DNA of 64,000 nt from a virus. Lineage: Duplodnaviria; Caudoviricetes. Numbering within the stretch: position 1 is the stretch's first letter; each line of letters starts with the position of its first letter. The stretch spans positions 1 through 64,000 of the IMG/VR virus record IMGVR_UViG_3300047359_001782; one strand, written 5' to 3'. The notes beneath the pieces were generated by a model, which was given only the letters and a program-made list of their open reading frames with translations, made no database searches and was not told the DNA's origin. This document shows positions 27,869 through 35,543 of this stretch, in pieces. The translations under genes were made by a program, and so were the position numbers.

Positions 27869-28407
27869 GATATTGCTTTTTGTTTTACTAATTGTTTGAT
27901 TTGTCTTTGTCTTTGGTTTAATTGTGCGTTGCCACTTTTCACTTCTATAAAAGTTATCACATCATCTCCAAATGATATATAGTCAATAGGCTTTCCTAAA
28001 AAAGAACACCTCTCAGGATCAAATTCGAACTGATCCAAGAAAGGCGCTAGAGTCTCTGCTATATGACCAAGCCTAACTTCTCCGCTCTTTTTCTGCGAAA
28101 GCACTTTCTTGCGAGCTTCAGTCTCGTTGTCAAGCTTTTCCTGAAGCTCTTTTATCTGTTGTGACTGAAGGCTGTTCCTCTTCTCGAAATCCTCTCTATC
28201 TTTTGGAATAGATGACTGTAATTCATTAATAATTTTTGTTAAACTATCTTCTCTATCTTTTGATTCTGTGTTGAATTCATTTAATTTTAATTTTAAAAAT
28301 TCATTTTCATTTCTTAGATCATCTAGTTCAGAAGAGTCTTCTGGTCGATTGTTATATACAATATAACAAAGTACGAGTATAATAATAATTGAAATACCTT
28401 CTATCAT
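27844..28407 (-). CDS. Holliday-junction-resolvase-like PD-(D/E)xK endonuclease with N-terminal TM and coiled coil
   Basis: G.IAE.LAPF, FLGKPIDYISF, FIEVKSG. Confidence 0.75.
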   Translation of the reverse strand: MIEGISIIIILVLCYIVYNNRPEDSSELDDLRNENEFLKLKLNEFNTESKDREDSLTKIINELQSSIPKDREDFEKRNSLQSQQIKELQEKLDNETEARKKVLSQKKSGEVRLGHIAETLAPFLDQFEFDPERCSFLGKPIDYISFGDDVITFIEVKSGNAQLNQRQRQIKQLVKQKAISWKEVRIK

Positions 28408-28420
28408 TTTAGATGATAAT

Positions 28421-28849
28421 TTAAATTTGTAGCTGTTCTACTTTTATTCCCGCTTTTTTTAGAAGATTTATGCCTGCATTACTGCGATAAAAATCTGAAT
28501 ATACAACTCTAATGATGTCTGATTGAATAATAAGCTTGGCGCATTCAATGCAAGGTGAAGTTGTAACATACATTGTTGCTCCAGAACTAGATTGTGTAGA
28601 CTTTGCTAATTTGGTAATTGCATTACTTTCTGCATGCAAAACTTCCTTGCGAGTTACAAGTTGATTAAAATAGTCTATATCTTCACATTGGTTATTGAAA
28701 CCTTTTGGTGTGCCATTATATCCATCGGATATAATTGATCCGTCTTTAACAATTAAACATCCAACTTGGAGCCTCTTAGCTTTAGATAAAGAACTCCACT
28801 GTCTCGCCATTTTTATGTAAGTTTTATCTAGTTCAAGTTGATTTGCCAT
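28421..28849 (-). CDS. dCMP deaminase
   Basis: VGCLIV, GYNG.P.G, HAESNAI, SPCIEC. Confidence 0.92.
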   Translation of the reverse strand: MANQLELDKTYIKMARQWSSLSKAKRLQVGCLIVKDGSIISDGYNGTPKGFNNQCEDIDYFNQLVTRKEVLHAESNAITKLAKSTQSSSGATMYVTTSPCIECAKLIIQSDIIRVVYSDFYRSNAGINLLKKAGIKVEQLQI

Positions 28850-29339
28850 CGGGCTTTTTCCATATCTGGAATGACTTCAAATCTTTTATATCATCAACTT
28901 TAATCTGAGTTATCTCATCTTTTTCTCCAGCTCTTTTGTATATTCTGTACTTCGCTTTTTTAGCTAATGTTACAAATGGTAAATCGTATCTAATTTTATT
29001 AGAAGAGCTTATCCAAGACGAGAGTTCTTTGCGGTTAACAAAAATAAAATCTTCTTTGCGCTCAAAAACGATAAAGTGTGCATCTCCATGAATCCATCCG
29101 TTCCTACCACTAGCATTTTTGAATTCAATCCAAAGCCAATTTTGGTCTTGTTTTTTATTTTTAATTTTTTTGACATCAACTTTAATTTTAATGGGTTTTC
29201 CTTCTGACCCTTTTCCTGTCAAGATGTGAGATACATTTTTGCAATTTTTGTCAGAACTATTTCTTTTTCTAGGGGTATAACCCCGATTGAAAGCTAGTTC
29301 TTCAAATAAATTTTTAAACTTTGGCTTATCCTCTAGCAC
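28833..29339 (-). CDS. putative PD-(D/E)xK-fold nuclease
   Basis: FE...VDVK, WIEF.N..G..GW..G.A. Confidence 0.5.
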   Translation of the reverse strand: MLEDKPKFKNLFEELAFNRGYTPRKRNSSDKNCKNVSHILTGKGSEGKPIKIKVDVKKIKNKKQDQNWLWIEFKNASGRNGWIHGDAHFIVFERKEDFIFVNRKELSSWISSSNKIRYDLPFVTLAKKAKYRIYKRAGEKDEITQIKVDDIKDLKSFQIWKKPDGKST

Positions 29340-29533
29340 TATCTGATTTTTTGGGGTTTATCTGTATGTACCACTTTGACTTTTTTTAGATCGGGGTCTC
29401 TCCATGTTTTTAACACATTAACTAATTTTTGAGCTCTAGCCTCCGCATCTTCTTTTGAAGAGTAATTTCTTTCTTCAATTCTTCTTGAATTTCTAGTTAC
29501 TACATATACTTTACTTTTTGTTTCTGTTGTCAT
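29339..29533 (-). CDS. hypothetical protein
   Basis: 64-aa ORF. Confidence 0.55.
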   Translation of the reverse strand: MTTETKSKVYVVTRNSRRIEERNYSSKEDAEARAQKLVNVLKTWRDPDLKKVKVVHTDKPQKIR

Positions 29534-29536
29534 ATA

Positions 29537-30469
29537 TTATATTGATTTAATTAAATTTTTGCCTGAATTAGTTATCTTTCTTTCTCCATCAATTTGCATA
29601 AAGTTTTTGCGCAGAAGATATATTTCATGGTCTCTTCTTAGAGATGTTGGGCTTAAGCCCGTAATTGCGGATAAGGTTTGCAACTTGCAACTACCTCTTT
29701 CTTCAAGAATTTGTAGAATTTGTTTTTCTGTACAAGTAATTCCATGAGGGAGTATGCCAAGTAAATCTGTAAGGGCTTCATAATCTTTTGATTCAAAAGT
29801 GTTTTGATTTTCGCTCTCACAGTAAAGCACAATTTCTTTTGAACGCATAACTGCATTGCGAGCATTTCCTCTAACGGTTAACGCAAGCTTATCCATTGCT
29901 TCTTCAGAAAAATTGATTTCATCACAATTTAATTTAATAATTTCTCCTAAGTCATTAGCATTGTAGGCTTCAAAGTCAACTGTTGTTAACCTGTCTTTTA
30001 AGGGTGGAAATAATTTATCACTTTCGGTTGTTGCAAAAATAAATGTTTGCTTTGTGAAGTCAAATTCAAAAGTCTGATCTTCAAAAGTAAATTCTTTTTT
30101 GTTTGTCTTTTCTGTGTTAAAGATAGTCAAGAAAGCCATTGTCAAGTCTTTAGGTAACGCATGCGCTTCATCAAATAAAATAGTGATCTCATTATTCATG
30201 ATGATTGGAATAAAGATTTGTTCGAAAAATTGAGTATTGCTTTTAATTGTTGAACAATTTAACTCTAAAAAAGGTCTCTTACCTCCATCTTTATTGTTTA
30301 AGTTTTTGGCGAATTCTTTTGCGAAAAGAGTTTTACCTAATCCTTTAGCTCCTACTAAATTCAGAAAAGGGCATACGCTTGTTGCGTGATAAGCTTTGAG
30401 ATAAAAGTTAAGTTTTTTCTTAACATTTTCTTGACCTATTAAATGAGAAAAATAATTATTCATTATCAA
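29537..30469 (-). CDS. ruvB: RuvB-like Holliday junction branch-migration AAA+ ATPase
   Basis: IGQE, GAKGLGKT Walker A, FDEAH Walker B, ATT, PLKDR, RGNAR, C-terminal wHTH with E.YL...R. Confidence 0.82.
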   Translation of the reverse strand: MIMNNYFSHLIGQENVKKKLNFYLKAYHATSVCPFLNLVGAKGLGKTLFAKEFAKNLNNKDGGKRPFLELNCSTIKSNTQFFEQIFIPIIMNNEITILFDEAHALPKDLTMAFLTIFNTEKTNKKEFTFEDQTFEFDFTKQTFIFATTESDKLFPPLKDRLTTVDFEAYNANDLGEIIKLNCDEINFSEEAMDKLALTVRGNARNAVMRSKEIVLYCESENQNTFESKDYEALTDLLGILPHGITCTEKQILQILEERGSCKLQTLSAITGLSPTSLRRDHEIYLLRKNFMQIDGERKITNSGKNLIKSI

Positions 30470-30728
30470 AAGATGTTATTGCGTATTCAATTTTATCCTC
30501 TACCCCTTGAAGATCTGAGAAATCGTGAGAGACTTTTTTGTTTGCGAGATAATTTGCATAAAGCCTTCCTTTCACCCAATCTTCACTAACGGGAATAGAG
30601 GAAACTTCTTGTGATGCGAGATCTAAGATCTCGTCAACAGACAAGGAAACAATAGCTAGACCGCTTTTTTTGCCTGAATTACGGCGTTTACGCGGAGTAC
30701 CATCTTTGTTTAATGAGATTTTTTTCAT
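30456..30728 (-). CDS. hypothetical protein with basic N-terminus
   Basis: KDGTPRKRR; promoter TTGACT-N17-GATAAT-N8-ATG at 30737..30765. Confidence 0.65.
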   Translation of the reverse strand: MKKISLNKDGTPRKRRNSGKKSGLAIVSLSVDEILDLASQEVSSIPVSEDWVKGRLYANYLANKKVSHDFSDLQGVEDKIEYAITSFDNE

Positions 30729-30773
30729 ATACGAGTATTATCTCATATATATAGTTGTAAGTCAAGCGTTAAT

Positions 30774-30929
30774 TTACTTAATTTTCTTAGCAAGGAGACT
30801 TAATTGACTCTTTAATTCTTCAATTGCAGAATCTTGCGTTTCAACTAACTGCTTTAAATCGTGGATTTCATTTAAAGCTAAAATGAGCGCATCATCAGGC
30901 TCAAACATAATTTCATCTTCTTCTTCCAT
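30774..30929 (-). CDS. small coiled-coil protein (51 aa, not in ORF track)
   Basis: MEEEDEIMFEPDDALILALNEI...; GTGTA-N10-ATG upstream. Confidence 0.55.
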   Translation of the reverse strand: MEEEDEIMFEPDDALILALNEIHDLKQLVETQDSAIEELKSQLSLLAKKIK

Positions 30930-30956
30930 AAGGTATTAATACACAAAAATTTAAAT

Positions 30957-31323
30957 TGGTGGACGTGGCGGGAGTCGAACCCGCGTCTTTAAACCTTCAA
31001 TGATGTACATCTACAAGTTTAGTTAATTTTTTTTAAAGTTATGATATTAACATCCAACTACCTGTTTCAATTATTTGCAGTTTGTGATACAGGAAAACTT
31101 TTATCTGTTTTGCAGATTGATGACCTCGTAATCTTTCTATCTGCGTCAAAAGCTACGAGGTGGCATGCGTTACGCTGCCAAAGCAAAAGCCTCGCTTTTT
31201 GGAGCGAAGCTTTTGACACGACTAAGATTTTTGCCATGTAATTTTTTGTGCCTTTTTTAGGAGCCAGACACACTCCTACTTGCAGTACATAAATTCAATT
31301 TAAATCGAATCCGGTACACGCCC
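30957..31323 (-). ncRNA. ssrA: tmRNA (transfer-messenger RNA)
   Basis: 5' GGGCGTG pairs with 3' CACGTCC-ACCA giving the G3:U70 Ala identity pair; GGTTCGACTCC T-loop; tag ORF 31235..31170 = GKNLSRVKSFAPKSEAFALAA*. Confidence 0.95.
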
Positions 31324-31338
31324 ATTAACTGTTAAAGA

Positions 31339-31524
31339 TCAATTGTTTTTGTTTTTACCTAAATCTGCTAATCCTTGACCTAAAATATATGCCACTACGG
31401 GGCTTACAATTTGCATCACAATCTCTTGCGTTAGGCCTAGATTAAAAAAATGGTTTACGATAGGTACACCCGCAGCAACAACTGCTGCCCAGAATTTTTT
31501 GCTATGCCAAAATTGTTTTTCCAT
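31339..31524 (-). CDS. holin-like two-TM protein
   Basis: SKKFWAAV...AYILGQGLAD with two hydrophobic helices. Confidence 0.6.
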   Translation of the reverse strand: MEKQFWHSKKFWAAVVAAGVPIVNHFFNLGLTQEIVMQIVSPVVAYILGQGLADLGKNKNN

Positions 31525-31526
31525 AA

Positions 31527-31850
31527 TTAAAATAATTCTTCAGGGATATCTTCATTGCTTTTAGAAGATTTAACTTCTTCTGCAGCTTGCTTTGCTACTT
31601 GCTCAACGCTAGCTTTATCCTGAGATGCTTCTTCAGATCTATAAATTACATAGTCCGGTGCTCTTTCGTTTTTATCTCGCCCTTTATTGGTGAAAACAAC
31701 CACTTTCACAGGCTCTGTAACTCCTGGCATTGTTTCGACATTAATTGTTCCTGAAAGATATTTTTGATTCTTTCCGTTGCGTACCCAAAGAGCTCCTAGC
31801 TCACGATTACGCCACTCTGACTGTTGCTTATCTTGTGTTTGATTTTCCAT
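31527..31850 (-). CDS. DUF736-like putative ssDNA-binding protein
   Basis: GALW...KYLSG...APDY..Y and an acidic C-terminus DIPEELF. Confidence 0.55.
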   Translation of the reverse strand: MENQTQDKQQSEWRNRELGALWVRNGKNQKYLSGTINVETMPGVTEPVKVVVFTNKGRDKNERAPDYVIYRSEEASQDKASVEQVAKQAAEEVKSSKSNEDIPEELF

Positions 31851-31852
31851 AA

Positions 31853-32026
31853 TTAATTTTGTTTATATAAATTTTTAAGTTCTTGTAAAAATAAAGGTTT
31901 TGCTCCTTCACTAAGTTTTGTATATTGTTTTTTTGCACGAGAATATACTCGCTTTTGTGTTGCATCAGAAAGTTTCGGATCATAGTTGATGATTTTTCTT
32001 ATTTCTTTTGCTATTGATTTGTTCAT
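31853..32026 (-). CDS. hypothetical protein
   Basis: Start revised to ATG 32026; the track's TTG start lies inside the -35 box of TTGACA-N17-TATAAT-N7-ATG (32034..32062). Confidence 0.65.
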   Translation of the reverse strand: MNKSIAKEIRKIINYDPKLSDATQKRVYSRAKKQYTKLSEGAKPLFLQELKNLYKQN

Positions 32027-32069
32027 GGTACTGATTATATTATAAATAAATGTAAATGTCAAGAGTTAT

Positions 32070-32795
32070 TTATTCAAATGTTGATTTTTCCCAATCAAAA
32101 AGTCCAAAATATGTCTTTGATATGATGCTGTTTGAGGTATATCCTTGGGTGATAAAAGAACATTCTTTCGTCTCAAACTCCTCAATAAAATCAGGTAGTT
32201 GTGGGTTGATGATTTTTTTTAATTTATTGCAATAATTTTTTGATTGTTTTAGTGTCATATTGTTGTGATTAAATTTTGGAAAGATAGCGCAGTGAGCTTT
32301 TTTGCCTCTTTTTGAAAATTCGATTCCCTCTTTATGCTTTGGCATATTGAGTTTAAAATAAAAATTAATAAGTTTAATAATTAAAGGGTTGTGAAAATAT
32401 CTGTATTTTAATTCTGTACGCGCACCTTTATTGAAAGTTATAACTTTGCTGGAATTTTTGCCATCTGGTAGATATATTGCTTTTTTTGTTTTTAGTGAAT
32501 TTAAATTTAGCTTAATTGATAAATTAATTCCTTGTATAGATTGATTGTGAATATCTGTTTTGTTTATAATAAAATCTTGTTCTCCAAAAAAACATTTCAA
32601 GCAATCTTCTTGCGCCGGTAATTTTCTACTGTAAATTTTTGTATAAAGCTTAATTGAGTTAATTCCTTTTTTTGAATAATCAAGGCCAAAACCATCAAGC
32701 GCTTTATACTTTGACTTTAGATCTTTTGAAAAATCGCAGAAAGCTCTTAAATCTTTAGGGAGGCTGTTATTTAATATGAAATCATAAATTTTCAT
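32070..32795 (-). CDS. hypothetical protein with weak ABBA prenyltransferase-barrel resemblance
   Basis: FGLDY....INSIKLY and terminal KTYF motifs. Confidence 0.35.
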   Translation of the reverse strand: MKIYDFILNNSLPKDLRAFCDFSKDLKSKYKALDGFGLDYSKKGINSIKLYTKIYSRKLPAQEDCLKCFFGEQDFIINKTDIHNQSIQGINLSIKLNLNSLKTKKAIYLPDGKNSSKVITFNKGARTELKYRYFHNPLIIKLINFYFKLNMPKHKEGIEFSKRGKKAHCAIFPKFNHNNMTLKQSKNYCNKLKKIINPQLPDFIEEFETKECSFITQGYTSNSIISKTYFGLFDWEKSTFE

Positions 32796-33390
32796 TATTA
32801 ATAGACAAGAAGGAGGGTACTACTTTATTGAATTTAACTTTCGTATCATTATATATCTTGAGCCAACCAAACATTCTTCCTAATAGCGGAAGAAAAAGGC
32901 AATTATATGGAGCTATTCCATTGTCTAGCGATAGGCAAGCTATAATACAACCGATATTCATTGGTACAGGCATAATTTTTTCCAAATTTATACAAAAATT
33001 TGTACTATCACCGAACACTGATTTGTATTTGTTTTTTAGAAAAATAACTCTGTCATCTTCATTTTTTATAGATGGATGACCGAATCCGGGAATTTTTTGA
33101 TTAGAGTGCCTTTCTGCTACTTCTTTGGGATTATATTTATGATTTTTATGTATAAACTCTGCGATTTGTTGTATTGGTAAATGTTGGTCGCTAATACAAT
33201 TTAGCCCCGAAGATAAAGCATGAGCTAGAGATGCGCCTGAATTGCAAGCTAGCGCAACAACTGCTGAGCTTGGCGGTTCTATTTTTACAGGAAAATCTAT
33301 AAAAATATTAGATAAATCATTAAATAAATCTAATTGAATTTCTGTTAAATTATCTCCTGCAAGATATTTGTATATATCATTTTTAAACAT
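32782..33390 (-). CDS. citrate-synthase-fold / citryl-CoA-lyase-like protein
   Basis: PSS.VV....NSG....AL..GL, KIPGFGHP....DDRV, MNIG..IA....D.G, R..GW. Confidence 0.7.
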   Translation of the reverse strand: MFKNDIYKYLAGDNLTEIQLDLFNDLSNIFIDFPVKIEPPSSAVVALACNSGASLAHALSSGLNCISDQHLPIQQIAEFIHKNHKYNPKEVAERHSNQKIPGFGHPSIKNEDDRVIFLKNKYKSVFGDSTNFCINLEKIMPVPMNIGCIIACLSLDNGIAPYNCLFLPLLGRMFGWLKIYNDTKVKFNKVVPSFLSINNENL

Positions 33391-33880
33391 TTAATAAAGC
33401 TTCATGTTTTGTTGATATTAAATTGGTCTGCGCTTTGTATTTTTCTATAATTTTTTCAGAGTTTTTAATAGACGCTTCATTTTCAAAATGGATTTCATAA
33501 ATAAATTTACTAATGCCAATATCTTTTAAATAATTAGCCATAAAAATTCTTAGTTCAGTGCCTACGTTTTGTCTTCTATAATTTTTATCAACAACTGTCA
33601 ATACTCCTAGCGCTATTGATTCTTCAAGATCGTAAATCTCATTTGGTTTTGTTGAAGCGCAAGTTAAGCCTGCTAGTTTTTCTTTAACAGAATAACCAAA
33701 AATTGGCTGATCTTCAAAAATAATTGGAAAAATTTCTGATTTATATAAACTATATGCGTTTTTTTCTGTAGGTTTTAGCTTGCCTATAAATAATGAATCA
33801 TTATTATCTATGCAAGATTTTAAGAGTTGAATTATATTATCTTCGTGCTGAAAGTCTAAATGATGTATATTGCTCATCAC
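33383..33880 (-). CDS. GNAT-family acetyltransferase
   Basis: VVDKNYRRQNVGTEL motif A; N.ASI. Confidence 0.7.
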   Translation of the reverse strand: MMSNIHHLDFQHEDNIIQLLKSCIDNNDSLFIGKLKPTEKNAYSLYKSEIFPIIFEDQPIFGYSVKEKLAGLTCASTKPNEIYDLEESIALGVLTVVDKNYRRQNVGTELRIFMANYLKDIGISKFIYEIHFENEASIKNSEKIIEKYKAQTNLISTKHEALLNV

Positions 33881-34854
33881 ACATAATGATACCCTACAGT
33901 TGATAAACTTTCTAGATTTTTACCTCCTGAGTAGCTTATCGCGCTCTGCATGTCTTGTTGAATTTCTTTTAATTTTTGTTTATATGTCATTCCGTTATTC
34001 TTAATTTTATTTAGTTTTCCTTCAATGTGATTGCGGTGTTTTTTGTTTTCATAGCTTGCGGAACCAAAATAAGCTTTATGGAACTCTCCATTAATTTCTA
34101 TAACAGTAGCAGGACTATCTACGCAGCTCGCAAATAAACCTCCCGCCATAACCATGTCTGCACCAGCAACCATAGCTTTTGCAATATCTCCATTGCATTT
34201 TATTCCTCCGTCTGCGATAATTGGAACTTTATTTAAATTATCTTCATGTTCACCAACATATACTGAACTACAAGATTTTGCGCAACTAAACATAGGTAGT
34301 GTAAATCCAGTTTTATCTTTTGTCGTGCAAGGAGAACCTTGGCCAATTCCAACTTTTACCACATCTGCTCCTGCGTTAGCTAAATCAATCACCGCCTGTC
34401 GAGTTGCTACGTTACCTGCTATAATTTTTGTGTTAGGTAATTCTTTTTTAATAAATTTAATCATGTCAATCATTTTTTTTGAATGACCATGGGCAATATC
34501 TATTGTGAGGAAATCAATAGAGTTTCCTCGCCTTCGTATTTTATGTATTTTGTCTTGATCTGGATCTTGAACTCCCACGCTAAACGATATTATTTTCCAG
34601 TTTTCGGCGTTTGCGATAGCTACATTGTCTGCAAGATCATTATTAAATCGATGCATGACATAAAAGTATTCATTTTCGCTCATCCATTTTGCTAAGCTCA
34701 TGTTAATGACAGATTGCATATTGGCAGGAATAATTGGAAGTCTAAATTTAAACCCGCAAAATTCAACACTTGTATTGCATTCTGATCTGCTTGAGCATTC
34801 ACTATATTTTGGAACTAAAACAATATCTGAGTAATCTCTGTATTTAGCTGTCAT
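33877..34854 (-). CDS. guaC: GMP reductase
   Basis: DY.DI.LVP, PANM, TIDIAHGHS, IAGNV, KVGIGQGSPCTTK..TGF, IIADGGI, YFGSAS; start revised to ATG 34854. Confidence 0.92.
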   Translation of the reverse strand: MTAKYRDYSDIVLVPKYSECSSRSECNTSVEFCGFKFRLPIIPANMQSVINMSLAKWMSENEYFYVMHRFNNDLADNVAIANAENWKIISFSVGVQDPDQDKIHKIRRRGNSIDFLTIDIAHGHSKKMIDMIKFIKKELPNTKIIAGNVATRQAVIDLANAGADVVKVGIGQGSPCTTKDKTGFTLPMFSCAKSCSSVYVGEHEDNLNKVPIIADGGIKCNGDIAKAMVAGADMVMAGGLFASCVDSPATVIEINGEFHKAYFGSASYENKKHRNHIEGKLNKIKNNGMTYKQKLKEIQQDMQSAISYSGGKNLESLSTVGYHYV

Positions 34855-34966
34855 AAAAATCGTCTTCTTTTTTCTTGTTAAAAAGCCAAATAATTCCACC
34901 TATGATTCCAAAAACTAAGAAATCTCCAGTGAAAAATTCAAAATAAGAAGTTGCTAGTGTGTACAT
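34844..34966 (-). CDS. small single-TM protein (40 aa, not in ORF track)
   Basis: MYTLATSYFEFFTGDFLVFGIIGGIIWLFNKKKEDDFYDS; TAATG-coupled to the upstream gene. Confidence 0.55.
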   Translation of the reverse strand: MYTLATSYFEFFTGDFLVFGIIGGIIWLFNKKKEDDFYDS

Positions 34967-35505
34967 TATCTATATTCCTTTTGAAGTAGTCTCCATCTGT
35001 CTGAGTCAATAGGCTTGTTTCCGCAATCTATAGCGAAGAGCATATCTATAATCTCATCAACTGTATTATAAATATATTTATGCGGGAACATTCCAAGCAT
35101 CCATAAAGGAGTCTTTGATTTTCCGCCTTCCATACTAACAAAAACAGGCTTCTTCTCTCTAACTGCAGTGACAATCTCTTCTGCGCTGCCCCAGCTTGCG
35201 ACCTCAGGAACGAGGTGAGCTACTATAAAATCGCTTCGATCAACTAAATTTAAATCATATGCTCGAACCGTTTTCATTCGATCTGTAACTCGATCGTATT
35301 GTTTTGTCTTCATCCAAGTTTCCATTTCTTGGCGAGAAGCTTCATCTTCTTCTACATCTTTAATAAATGGTTTTTTATAGGGGTCAAAGCAAGTTATTCC
35401 TAGTGGTTCAAGTTTTTCTGTTACATGCTCTCTCCAATTCCTGCCACTAACATATTGCATGTGGCCTACTAAATAACATTTAGTTCTGTACAATAGATTA
35501 TTCAT
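34966..35505 (-). CDS. nucleoside 2-deoxyribosyltransferase-like protein
   Basis: YLVGHM, WR, FDP, DL..V.RSD, GS.EE; promoter TTGACA-N17-TATAAT-N6-ATG at 35512..35540. Confidence 0.7.
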   Translation of the reverse strand: MNNLLYRTKCYLVGHMQYVSGRNWREHVTEKLEPLGITCFDPYKKPFIKDVEEDEASRQEMETWMKTKQYDRVTDRMKTVRAYDLNLVDRSDFIVAHLVPEVASWGSAEEIVTAVREKKPVFVSMEGGKSKTPLWMLGMFPHKYIYNTVDEIIDMLFAIDCGNKPIDSDRWRLLQKEYR

Positions 35506-35543
35506 GCCTGAATTATATCAGACAATAACTTTAATGTCAAGAC

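Noticed and set aside
31041-31273. Track ORFs 31041..31241(+) and 31067..31273(-)
   Set aside because: Both lie inside the tmRNA gene; the meaningful reading frame is the tag at 31235..31170
321-35540. Recurrent TGTCAAG as a possible CRISPR repeat, att site or mobile-element end
   Set aside because: Only 6-7 nt are conserved, spacing is irregular, and each copy sits 16-17 nt from a -10 box, so it is explained as a -35 element
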